Positions 38,373 to 47,871 of a stretch of DNA of 59,423 nucleotides are shown in pieces. Every line of letters starts with the position of its first letter. Within the stretch, counting starts at the first letter, position 1. The position numbers were made by a program, and so were the translations under genes. The notes under the pieces are model-generated. The model had not been told where the DNA came from. It ran no database searches and saw only the letters and a list, made by a program, of their open reading frames with translations. Source of the DNA: a virus (Duplodnaviria; Caudoviricetes). The stretch is taken from positions 1-59,423 of IMG/VR virus record IMGVR_UViG_3300044723_010080, one strand, 5' to 3'.

Positions 38373-39854
38373 ATGGCAGCAGATATAGAATTTAACGTTA
38401 GAAACGGCATGACCGTAGGCTCAAGCAAGCACTTGGTGCTTGACGTTAATGGTGCGCTTAGTGGTAGTGACATAACTTGCACAACCGGTCAAATTTTAAG
38501 TGGTGGATCAGATCTCTTCACTGTTCTGGATAATCTTGGATACTTGACGACTGCAGATAGCACAAACTGGGACAGTGTTTACACAAGTGTTTCTAACACC
38601 AGCAGTCAATGGAACACGGCGTACACATGGGGTGACCATTCACAACAAAACTATTTAACAGATTACACAGTCACAGTGCATGATGTGACCGGGCATGAAG
38701 GTAGTATTGAAATATCCGAGAGTCAAATAACCGATTTACAAAATTACGCCACACAGGCATATGTAACAAATGCCATATCAGATGTGATCAGTGGTGCACC
38801 AGAAGCATTAAACACGCTAAACGAGCTGGCGAGTGCATTGAATGATGACGCAGATTTTGCTGGTACTATAACAAGTAGCATCGCTACAAAATGGACTCAA
38901 GATGACGACAAGATAGCCAACTGGGATAATACATACACTAGTGTTTCAACTACCAGCAGTCAATGGAACTCAGCATATAATTGGGGTGACCATTCACAAC
39001 AAAACTATTTAACAGATTACACAGTCACAGTGCATGATGTGACCGGGCATGAAGGTAGTATTGAAATCACTGAGAGCCAAATAACAGATCTGCAATCATA
39101 TTTGTTAGCAAGTGATATTGTGAGTGCAGATAATTGGAGTCTAGCATACACAACTGTAACCGCCAACAGTGCCAGCTGGGATCATAGTAGTGCTGGTTAT
39201 TTGACCAGTTACACAGAAACTGACCCTGTTTTCACATCGCACGCAGCCAACAATATCACCACACAAAAAATAACCAACTGGGACAACACGTATACAGATG
39301 TTAGTACCAACAGTGCCAGCTGGGATCATAGTAGTGCTGGTTATTTGACCAGTGAGACAACCACAACACTGAGCTTATCATCAGAATCAGACACATTGAT
39401 ATACACTGATGAGGATGGAAGTGAGACGCAAATTTCTCTAGCAGCTTACACAGGTGAAGGTGTATCCGCAATTGCTGATGCTACTGACACCACCTTTACA
39501 TCCCTGAGTGGTGGTGATGTGTTGGTGTATGTGAATGGTGGTACTCAAAAATGGCAAAACAAAAAAGATCGTGCTTCATTGGAAGACATGTACAACTATG
39601 CTAACGCCAATTTTTACAGCGAGATGACCTACTCGATCACTGATCAATTGACAGGTGTGTATGTGTGGGTGACTAGCAACAAAACCACAGCTTTGTTCGA
39701 GCGTGATCTGACTTACAATGCAAGTGGACAATTGACCAGTGTGGTCACACGTGATGTGCAAGGAACCGGAGGTAGCACTCGTGCCACACTCACAAAAAAT
39801 CTAGCATACACTGCCACTGGAGCATTGAGCTCCACAACCAGGAGCTATAGTTAA
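38373..39854 (+). CDS. Tail fibre protein (493 aa)
   Basis: GAPEALNTLNELASALNDDADFAGTIT phage fibre motif, WGDHS repeats, and N-terminal FNVRNGM paralogous to the 35108 gene. Confidence 0.8.
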   Translation: MAADIEFNVRNGMTVGSSKHLVLDVNGALSGSDITCTTGQILSGGSDLFTVLDNLGYLTTADSTNWDSVYTSVSNTSSQWNTAYTWGDHSQQNYLTDYTVTVHDVTGHEGSIEISESQITDLQNYATQAYVTNAISDVISGAPEALNTLNELASALNDDADFAGTITSSIATKWTQDDDKIANWDNTYTSVSTTSSQWNSAYNWGDHSQQNYLTDYTVTVHDVTGHEGSIEITESQITDLQSYLLASDIVSADNWSLAYTTVTANSASWDHSSAGYLTSYTETDPVFTSHAANNITTQKITNWDNTYTDVSTNSASWDHSSAGYLTSETTTTLSLSSESDTLIYTDEDGSETQISLAAYTGEGVSAIADATDTTFTSLSGGDVLVYVNGGTQKWQNKKDRASLEDMYNYANANFYSEMTYSITDQLTGVYVWVTSNKTTALFERDLTYNASGQLTSVVTRDVQGTGGSTRATLTKNLAYTATGALSSTTRSYS

Positions 39855-40687
39855 TGGCAAATAACGTAAACATCACAGCACCGCTGATTCAAAACGGTTC
39901 ACGTATACAATTGTACAACATCACCAAAAGTGTTCAGCTTTACAACGATGAACCAACAATCTCTGAATCCAACACATTCAGTCACACTGTTGATCTGGAC
40001 GGCACTGATGTAGATGCAGGTAACACCATCCGCATGCGAGTCACATGTCAAGCGTCCACCACCGCGTTGTTGCCACTAGAAGTTATTGGTGTGATAAACA
40101 GTGCAGGTTTGGAATTTCCACAATCACAACAAGATGACACAGTTTACAACAGCATTGGTATTGATGGTAGTATATTTGATTCATCAACTGGAGGAGACAA
40201 CACCACAGGCTTGACCATGACACCGGATGATGGAACAAACATATTGATAAATCTATCTGACACGGTGCCACCATATCAAGTGACCGCTCAGCAAATATAC
40301 AGTTACTTCGCATATTTACAAACCACATCAACCGGAATAACAACATTTTACAACGCCATCACACCAGTTGATGGTCTCAATTTTCGTATCAATGCCAGTG
40401 AAGTGAATCTCAGGATACAAAACACTGGCACAAATGACATCAATCTGATGGGTGGTAGATTGTTTCGCTCCGATGAAACGAGTATAATACACACAGACAG
40501 CTCACAGAGTTACGGCACCATCACACACGACACAGGATTCTTGTTGCAGTTCATACAACCACAAGTGGAAGCGGCTCTGGGCAACTCGGTCGCCAGTGCC
40601 ACAGACATGGCCACAGTGAAATCGGACGTTGCTTCGATCAAATCAAACCCCAATCTCAACTTGCTAACAGCATTTTACACATCATGA
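39854..40687 (+). CDS. Structural protein; paralog of the C-terminal domain of the next gene
   Basis: Shares QLYNxTK, IRxRxTCQA, GIDGS, THDTGFLLQ and TVKSDV with the 40684 gene. Confidence 0.7.
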   Translation: MANNVNITAPLIQNGSRIQLYNITKSVQLYNDEPTISESNTFSHTVDLDGTDVDAGNTIRMRVTCQASTTALLPLEVIGVINSAGLEFPQSQQDDTVYNSIGIDGSIFDSSTGGDNTTGLTMTPDDGTNILINLSDTVPPYQVTAQQIYSYFAYLQTTSTGITTFYNAITPVDGLNFRINASEVNLRIQNTGTNDINLMGGRLFRSDETSIIHTDSSQSYGTITHDTGFLLQFIQPQVEAALGNSVASATDMATVKSDVASIKSNPNLNLLTAFYTS

Positions 40688-42987
40688 GTTTCACAGAGTC
40701 AAGCGGAACAATTACACAGACAGGTACTGACACTAATCTTAGTGGTCTAACTGGTGTTACGGGAGTTACTGTCGTTGATAATGGTAGCCACAAAACTTAT
40801 CACCTTGATGGTAAAAAACTAAGAATCGATGGTACTTTGACGATTGACCCACAGGTGGAATGTTTGCTTTTTGAACGACAAGATTTAGACATAGCTGGCA
40901 CATTAAATTTTGGTGTAACTGCAGTCATTGGTGGTGCTACTAGATATTCTCGTGCTATTGGTTTAATATCCCATGATATAGGGTATGCTAGGTTCTTGGT
41001 GCTAAGTGGAGGCACTTTAAATTGGAACGGAGGTGCAATGAAGTTAACTGGTGGTTGTGACTTCAAAGACGGATCAAATGTAAGCATCACAAATGGAATA
41101 ATAATTTCCACCAGCACTACGAGCCAAAGACTCCGAATGAATACTGCTAATTGCTCAGTGGATGGACTCAGTATTGACGGCAATGCGCGCCTTGATGTGA
41201 TGAAGAAATTTGTAAGTTTCACCGGATACGAATGCAGTTTTGCTAATTTTGGAACATTTCAAAAGGTCGGCACTTCACATGACGGGACTGATGACCCTTT
41301 TGTGCTTACAAATTTTGATGCCCAAGGCATTGACTCCGCAAATGGTAGTTTTATTGGGAGCAGTTTTGCCGGTGCGAAAATTGAGTTTGTAAACATGGGC
41401 TATGGTGGCGATTTTGTTATCTCGCATGATTCTTGGCCCGCAGGTGCTGTTACCACCTTATATAAGGATGTTAAACTGAAAATCGTGGATACTAATGTTG
41501 CGAATGTAGCAGGGGCAAAATATTGGGCGAGGGATACAGACAATGGAAGCAGGACAACCCAAGGGGTATGGAGAGACTCTACCTTAAACCCTAGCGAAAA
41601 CTTCTCAAACGACAGAACTTACACGGGGTCTGTTGACGCGAATGGAGAAGCAACTGAACGATTACTAACTCGTGCTTGTTACGGAGGAACTTCTTCAGGC
41701 GGTATTTACAATGGTGGCACAACAATCGACTATCGTGGCGAGACTACTGACAATACAGATGTTTTTACTTTTTATGTAGCAAGCTACGGACACACATTGA
41801 ATAGCACCTCCCCATCGTGCATAGGTAAAGGAGTGCTGACACAGCAGGTGGTTTTGTTTGATGATGTGTTTTTAACCGAGTCTACTAAATCCGTTGTGGA
41901 TGCTTATACAACAATTGATAATACACAAGAATTTTACGATAGAGCAAAGTCCTACCTAGTCGACAACTACGCAGGTGAAACTTCTACAATCGTAACTCGA
42001 TCAGGAAATGAAATTGACCTTGGTTCTTATAATTTGGTTATCGATGCAACTGCTTCGTCAGCGTTCGCTCTTAACGGGTCAACCATCACGATCAAAGCGA
42101 CCACTTTCACGGGTGATTTAACGACCACAGGTACGATCACATTGTCGAATGGAGCGAGCGTTTTAGGTACATATACAGACGCGAATGGAACGAACATCAT
42201 CTTGCCTTGGTCTGTTACTAATGTCGAAGCTACTGCGACCCTACAGCTTTACAATGTGACTAAAGACTTGGAGATTGTGAATCAAGTAGTACCAGGTACA
42301 GCTAATACGAAAGTATCTACCAGCGGAACTTACACGACCTCACAGATTGCATCAGGGGACAACATTCGTTTACGCATTACTTGCCAAGCTGAAGCCGCCG
42401 CTTTCCTACCGTATGAATCGTTTGGCGTGGCATCATCCGCTGGTATCTCGTTTAGAGCGAATCAGCAACCCGATACAATTTACAACAACAACGGCATTGA
42501 TGGTAGTGCCACCACAATCACCAGTGCATTCTCAGCTGATTACACAAATTTACAAATTGATTCATCTGAAACAGACGGTGTTGTGACGGTTCAAGAGATA
42601 TACGCTTTCTATGTGTACAGCGTCACAACCAGTGATGGTATTGACAACTTCTTCGGAGCGATCACTCCAATTGATAGCATGAATTATCGTATCAACACAG
42701 ATGTTGTTGATCTGAAGATACAGAACACCACAAGTGTTGACACCATACTCAAAGGTGGTAGACTGTACAGAGATGACAACACCAGTGTGATCGACACTGA
42801 CTCTAGCACTGGAGCCGGCACCGGTAGCTTCACACATGACACTGGGTTCTTGTTACAATACTTACAACCACAAGTGGAGAACGCGGTCGACGGTGCCGGG
42901 TTGGCGAGCGGAACAGACATGACCACAGTCAAATCAGACGTACAATCAATCAAAAACAACACAAGTGTGATACCAGGACTGTTATAA
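40684..42987 (+). CDS. Structural protein with beta-rich N-terminal region
   Basis: 767-aa ORF with ATGA overlap; C-terminal ~260 aa paralogous to the 39854 gene. Confidence 0.7.
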   Translation: MSFTESSGTITQTGTDTNLSGLTGVTGVTVVDNGSHKTYHLDGKKLRIDGTLTIDPQVECLLFERQDLDIAGTLNFGVTAVIGGATRYSRAIGLISHDIGYARFLVLSGGTLNWNGGAMKLTGGCDFKDGSNVSITNGIIISTSTTSQRLRMNTANCSVDGLSIDGNARLDVMKKFVSFTGYECSFANFGTFQKVGTSHDGTDDPFVLTNFDAQGIDSANGSFIGSSFAGAKIEFVNMGYGGDFVISHDSWPAGAVTTLYKDVKLKIVDTNVANVAGAKYWARDTDNGSRTTQGVWRDSTLNPSENFSNDRTYTGSVDANGEATERLLTRACYGGTSSGGIYNGGTTIDYRGETTDNTDVFTFYVASYGHTLNSTSPSCIGKGVLTQQVVLFDDVFLTESTKSVVDAYTTIDNTQEFYDRAKSYLVDNYAGETSTIVTRSGNEIDLGSYNLVIDATASSAFALNGSTITIKATTFTGDLTTTGTITLSNGASVLGTYTDANGTNIILPWSVTNVEATATLQLYNVTKDLEIVNQVVPGTANTKVSTSGTYTTSQIASGDNIRLRITCQAEAAAFLPYESFGVASSAGISFRANQQPDTIYNNNGIDGSATTITSAFSADYTNLQIDSSETDGVVTVQEIYAFYVYSVTTSDGIDNFFGAITPIDSMNYRINTDVVDLKIQNTTSVDTILKGGRLYRDDNTSVIDTDSSTGAGTGSFTHDTGFLLQYLQPQVENAVDGAGLASGTDMTTVKSDVQSIKNNTSVIPGLL

Positions 42988-43002
42988 GCATAAATATTTA
43001 CG

Positions 43003-45162
43003 ATGACAACAGAACACAAAGATTTAGAATATTTGAAAGGTCGATTTGAAGATGGAGATCGCCCCACTGGTGACGACTTCGCACGATTGATCGACAGTTG
43101 TCACAACACCCGACATTTGACCGACACAACCATCACTGGCACACTGAGTGTGCAAGGTGGTTTGACAGTTGATGGAAGCATCAACACACGTGATGTTGCT
43201 GCAGATGGAGCCAAGCTGGACAGCTTGGATTCCTTTGTGAGATCCAACAGTGACAGTTGGGAAGAGTCTGAACATATACTGGCTGTCAGTTCCACAGTTG
43301 AAACTGTTTCTAGCGTGTTGACGAGTAACATAAACACTCTGAACCACACGTTGAGTGTGTACATTGATGATAATGTATCAGCAGTGAATACAAATATAGA
43401 TTCAGTGTCGAGTGTTGTGGATGAAAACAATAACAACCTGACCAACTTGATACAATCAAATCACGCAGATATCAACCTCAGGGTTGATGCTTTGAATGTA
43501 ACACTTAGTGACACTACATCAAATCTGAATGATGTGACAACAGTGGTAGCAACAAACAGTGCCAGCTGGAACGATCACACTGACATAACCAACTTGATTA
43601 GCAATTTGAATCAGGTAACAACCACGGTAGCATCAAACAGTGGTGATTGGAGTGTAGATGTGAACACAGACACCAATCGATTGGTTGACATGTTAGATGT
43701 AGATGCATCAAATATACAACATGACAATGTACTGAAGTATAATAGTTCAGATCAAACTTGGTATGCAGCTAATGATTTACATGGTGAAGGACATCATGAA
43801 GATACATTCATAGAACTACACGACACACCAGTTAATTATGCAGCCGGACAAGCAGGAGATTTTGTTAAACTAAACAGCACAAATAATGGTCTAGATTTTG
43901 TCAGCCATGATACTGATGGTTGGGATCAAGTAAAGGCAACTGTAGCATCAAACAGTGCCAGCTGGAACGATCATACAGACATAACCAATTTGACCAACAC
44001 GGTGGTTACAAACAGTGCCAGCTGGAACGATCATACAGATGTGACGCAACTCACAACAGATATAACTAATGTGACCAGCACGGTGGCTACAAACAGTGCC
44101 AGCTGGAACGATCACACTGACATAACCGATCTAACCAGCACGGTTGCTACAAACAGTGCCAGCTGGAACGATCATACAGATGTGACGCAACTCACAACAG
44201 GTTTGAGTGATGTGACCAGCACGGTGGCTACAAACAGTGCCAGCTGGAACGATCATACAGATGTGACGCAACTCACAACAGGTTTGAGTGATGTGACCAG
44301 CACGGTGGCTACAAACAGTGCCAGCTGGAACGATCATACTGACATAACCAATTTGACCAGCACGGTGGCTACAAACAGTGCCAGCTGGAACGATCATACT
44401 GACATAACCAATTTGACCAGCACGGTTGCTACAAACAGTGCCAGCTGGAACGATCATACTGACATAACCGATCTAACCAACACGGTTGCTACAAACAGTG
44501 CCAGCTGGGCGGTACTGGACGATCAAGGTAAATTACTAACACAACAAATACCAGAGCTGAGTATCACACAAACCTACACAGTGCAAAATACGGAGGAAGT
44601 TGCGAGCTTGAATCCAGCTGAAGGTATACAGAGAGGTGATGTTATTATCGTGACAAGCACATATGATAATTTAATAGCTAAACAAGATAATCCATCTGGT
44701 GCATATAACTCAACAACAAAAACATACTCCGGTTATAGTAAGTTGGCTAGACCGGATGCATATGTCACATCAGTGAATGATATGTACGGAAATGTGACAA
44801 TTGAATCTGATGACATTTCTGATAATGATAATGATAATAAATGGGTGAGTCAATCTCAAATTGATCAATGGGACAATAGCTTGAGTTTAACTGGTGGTGA
44901 GTTGATTGGTAATTTAAATACCACCGCGAGTTATCTATCCGGAGGTACAGCTCTGCATGATATATTTTCAACTAACACAACCGTTAACGGTGATCAACAA
45001 GTCAATGGCGACTCAAATGTTTCCGGATCAATAACAACAACTTCTATTACAAGTGATATATACACTACAAATGGGCAGACTGGTATAACAGAGAATGTTA
45101 ATATTGGAGGTCATGTCTTACATATAGTCAATGGAATAATAGTAGGTTTAACTGATGAGTGA
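43003..45162 (+). CDS. Fibre/whisker-like protein with 20/27-aa tandem repeats
   Basis: N-terminal LKGRFEDGDRPTGDDFARLIDS and (T)VATNSASWNDHTD repeats; lies immediately upstream of the gp13-like gene. Confidence 0.75.
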   Translation: MTTEHKDLEYLKGRFEDGDRPTGDDFARLIDSCHNTRHLTDTTITGTLSVQGGLTVDGSINTRDVAADGAKLDSLDSFVRSNSDSWEESEHILAVSSTVETVSSVLTSNINTLNHTLSVYIDDNVSAVNTNIDSVSSVVDENNNNLTNLIQSNHADINLRVDALNVTLSDTTSNLNDVTTVVATNSASWNDHTDITNLISNLNQVTTTVASNSGDWSVDVNTDTNRLVDMLDVDASNIQHDNVLKYNSSDQTWYAANDLHGEGHHEDTFIELHDTPVNYAAGQAGDFVKLNSTNNGLDFVSHDTDGWDQVKATVASNSASWNDHTDITNLTNTVVTNSASWNDHTDVTQLTTDITNVTSTVATNSASWNDHTDITDLTSTVATNSASWNDHTDVTQLTTGLSDVTSTVATNSASWNDHTDVTQLTTGLSDVTSTVATNSASWNDHTDITNLTSTVATNSASWNDHTDITNLTSTVATNSASWNDHTDITDLTNTVATNSASWAVLDDQGKLLTQQIPELSITQTYTVQNTEEVASLNPAEGIQRGDVIIVTSTYDNLIAKQDNPSGAYNSTTKTYSGYSKLARPDAYVTSVNDMYGNVTIESDDISDNDNDNKWVSQSQIDQWDNSLSLTGGELIGNLNTTASYLSGGTALHDIFSTNTTVNGDQQVNGDSNVSGSITTTSITSDIYTTNGQTGITENVNIGGHVLHIVNGIIVGLTDE
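43949..44508 (+). repeat. Tandem array of 60/81-bp units containing caaacagtgccagctggaacgatca
   Basis: About nine copies of the core, with 60- or 81-bp spacing. Confidence 0.9.
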
Positions 45163-46150
45163 CGATAAACAAACAGCTGTAAAACCTCTAAGCTCATTTT
45201 ATAGTACAAACTTAAGCCCTATTGTTAACTCGTACGAGAAACTTGCAACACGTATTGCATACACATTGGGTTATCCTCAAATAAATATCGAAGCGCATCA
45301 AAACCAGGTGTTTGATAACATAAGCATCGCTATTGAAATGTTTAGCAAGTTTGCTGGATACACGGAAGAGTTATTGACATTCAATTCAGAGCTATATGAG
45401 CCTGGTAGAGGCATGAGGATGGATGTATTATTCACCGCAACGGAGCAATTAAAAAACACAACTCCATCTGAGGATAATACCATGCTTGACACTTCATTGT
45501 ATGAAATCGGTAAAACCACAATAGGATCAAGTCCTACAAATTTTGCCGTTTCATATGAAAATGGTCAACCAAACATGAAAGGTTATGATTATTTGACAGA
45601 CAATTACCGGAAAGTGGTTGATATATTTGCATTTGAAGAAGGTAGCTCGAGTGGTATAAACACATTATTCACGATTGAGCAGACATTAGCTCAACAAACA
45701 TATTTTAGCTACGCATTAGGTAAATATGGATTTGATCTAATAAGTTGGTTCACACTTAAAAATTGGCTTGATATGAGACGAAAACTATTATCACAAGATT
45801 ATTATTATAGATTTGATGATAGAAGTCAAACTATGTATTTAACACCAGAACCTAATACTGGTAGTTCGCGTGCTAGTTTTTATGGTATAGTAGGCGCATA
45901 CGTTGAGCGACCTGTACATCAACTTGTGAGTGAACCTTGGGTGTATCAGTATTCACTCGCTTTGACAAAAATAAACATTGGTCGTATACGAGGAAAATAT
46001 AGTGGTACAAATCTATTTGGTGGTGGGGCACCGAATTATTCCGAACTTTTAACAGAAGGTAATACAGAAAAAGAAAAATTAGAAACAAAATTATATGAAG
46101 GTGTTCCGGGTTTTGGAGATGGACAACCTCCATTATTTTTTGTTGGATGA
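45155..46150 (+). CDS. T4 gp13-like neck protein
   Basis: LGYPQINIE..Q..DNI..AIE and WV.QY.LAL.K...G....KYSG..L.GG match the gp13 pattern. Confidence 0.8.
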   Translation: MSDDKQTAVKPLSSFYSTNLSPIVNSYEKLATRIAYTLGYPQINIEAHQNQVFDNISIAIEMFSKFAGYTEELLTFNSELYEPGRGMRMDVLFTATEQLKNTTPSEDNTMLDTSLYEIGKTTIGSSPTNFAVSYENGQPNMKGYDYLTDNYRKVVDIFAFEEGSSSGINTLFTIEQTLAQQTYFSYALGKYGFDLISWFTLKNWLDMRRKLLSQDYYYRFDDRSQTMYLTPEPNTGSSRASFYGIVGAYVERPVHQLVSEPWVYQYSLALTKINIGRIRGKYSGTNLFGGGAPNYSELLTEGNTEKEKLETKLYEGVPGFGDGQPPLFFVG

Positions 46151-46151
46151 T

Positions 46152-46511
46152 ATGGATTATATATATAAAATAAAAGTAACACGTGTTGTTGATGGTGATA
46201 CAATCGACGCAGAGATCGACCTAGGATTCGATTTAAAATTAAACAAACGCATCCGGTTACACGGCATAAACACCCCAGAAACACGTACCAGAGACGCAGA
46301 GGAAAAGAAAAGAGGATTGGCTGCTAAAGCTTTTCTCCAACATGTAGTTGATGAACAGAACAGTATCCTGTTTCTCAAATCACTAGACCAAGGCAAGTTT
46401 GGAAGATGCATTGGTGTGTTATTCGAGCAAGATTTTGATGACCAGAGCATAAATGATCTATTAATACAAGAAGGACACGCTGTAGAGTATTCCGGAGGTA
46501 AGAGAGATTAA
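46152..46511 (+). CDS. Thermonuclease (SNase-like) family protein
   Basis: RVVDGDTID..IDLGF...RIRLHGINTPE...GKFGR...LIQEGHAV.Y.GG. ATG at 46152 follows the gp13 stop. Confidence 0.85.
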   Translation: MDYIYKIKVTRVVDGDTIDAEIDLGFDLKLNKRIRLHGINTPETRTRDAEEKKRGLAAKAFLQHVVDEQNSILFLKSLDQGKFGRCIGVLFEQDFDDQSINDLLIQEGHAVEYSGGKRD

Positions 46512-46977
46512 AAAAAAGCCACACAAAAAATACAAAGAATTCCGACAAGGTGTCTACAAGCCTGTAAATGCTTTGAAGTTCAAAGGAGCAAAACATCCGA
46601 GATATCTAAGTAGCTGGGAATTAAAATTTTTTAAGTGGTGCGATCGTAATCCATTTGTTGTTCAATGGTCCAGTGAGAGTGTGCATATACCGTATATTTC
46701 TCCGGTTGACGGTAAAATGCATAGATATTTAGTTGACAACACGGTGCACATAAAAGAGGGTGACAAACTAGTTAAATATTTGATCGAGATCAAACCAAGC
46801 AAACAAACAAGACCACCAACCAAACACGGTAATAAAAAAACATCAACAGTTGTTTATGAGAATGTACAATGGAATGTGAACCAAGCAAAATGGACCAGCG
46901 CGCGTAACTGGGCCAAGAAAAATGGTTATATCTTTCAGATAGTTACAGAAAAAGACTTCAGTCTATTCACAAGATAA
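46507..46977 (+). CDS. T4 gp4-like head completion protein (TnsA-like nuclease fold), probable non-canonical start
   Basis: RQGVYKPVN..KFKG...SSWE..F..WCD.NP....WSSE...IPY..P.D...HRY..D...IEIKP. The conserved N-terminal part lies upstream of TTG 46573, and ATT at 46507 follows GGAGGT. Confidence 0.8.
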   Translation: MKKKPHKKYKEFRQGVYKPVNALKFKGAKHPRYLSSWELKFFKWCDRNPFVVQWSSESVHIPYISPVDGKMHRYLVDNTVHIKEGDKLVKYLIEIKPSKQTRPPTKHGNKKTSTVVYENVQWNVNQAKWTSARNWAKKNGYIFQIVTEKDFSLFTR

Positions 46978-47015
46978 CCCTGGAAAAACAGGAGCATATA
47001 ATAAGTATTTAAGTA

Positions 47016-47702
47016 ATGCATGCAAAACTACTAATTGAAACAACCGATCCGACGGAATTCGAATACATTATTGAGGAGAAAAATTCTAAGAGCCCAGCCA
47101 ATATATATATAAAAGGGCCATATGCTATGGCGGAGGGTGTCAATAAGAACAAGAGAAGCTACTGCCCGCAAGAAATGGCAGCTGAAGTCAAGAGGTATAC
47201 TGAGCAGATGATAAACACAAAACGTGCATTAGGTGAGTTGAATCACCCGACCAGCGCGGATGTCGATTTAGAGAGAGCATGTCACTTAGTTGAGGAACTG
47301 GTGCCATCCGGTGGTGATTCCAACGTGTATATAGGTAAATCCAAGGTGTTATCAACACCGAGTGGATTGATTGTACAATCGTTGATAAGAGATGGATGTA
47401 GTGTTGGTATGAGTACAAGATCGTTAGGAAAACTGGTACCCATGGAGGATAACAGTGATGTCAGCCGTGTAAAGGACATGAGACTTGTGGCGATTGATTG
47501 TGTAGCAGACCCAAGTTTCGGGGAGGCTTTTGTTAATGGTATACTTGAGAGTAAACAGTATGTATTAGATAGTTACGGTCAGTATGTTGAAGCATATGAT
47601 AGACTTGAGAACGGACTTAATAACTTGCCAAAGAAAGATGTAGAGTTATATATTAAAGATAGTATTATGAGCTTTCTGAATGAGATAAAAGGAAAAATTT
47701 AA
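47016..47702 (+). CDS. T4 gp21-like prohead protease
   Basis: NKNKRSY, ALGELNHP, GMSTRSLG and DCVADPS motifs. Confidence 0.9.
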   Translation: MHAKLLIETTDPTEFEYIIEEKNSKSPANIYIKGPYAMAEGVNKNKRSYCPQEMAAEVKRYTEQMINTKRALGELNHPTSADVDLERACHLVEELVPSGGDSNVYIGKSKVLSTPSGLIVQSLIRDGCSVGMSTRSLGKLVPMEDNSDVSRVKDMRLVAIDCVADPSFGEAFVNGILESKQYVLDSYGQYVEAYDRLENGLNNLPKKDVELYIKDSIMSFLNEIKGKI

Positions 47703-47703
47703 A

Positions 47704-47871
47704 ATGAGTAAACAAAATATATCAAATCAATCCAAACAAATAACTCAATTTGTACAGCATCTGAACAACAAAAATTACTCAGAAGCTAATAAATCACTAC
47801 AAAAAACTATAGAAAGTAAACTGATTAACAAGATAAGTCAGTATAAAAACATAAATATTTTCAAACAATGA
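47704..47871 (+). CDS. Small prohead core-like protein (55 aa; below the ORF-track cutoff)
   Basis: MSKQNISNQSKQITQFVQHLNNKNYSEANKSLQKTIESKLINKI... fills the gap exactly, with an ATGA overlap into the gp22-like gene. Confidence 0.65.
   Translation: MSKQNISNQSKQITQFVQHLNNKNYSEANKSLQKTIESKLINKISQYKNINIFKQ

Noticed and set aside
43949-44508. CRISPR-like array (constant core with variable intervening sequence)
   Set aside because: Units are in frame inside a 719-aa CDS, the intervening sequences are themselves repeated, and no cas genes are present.
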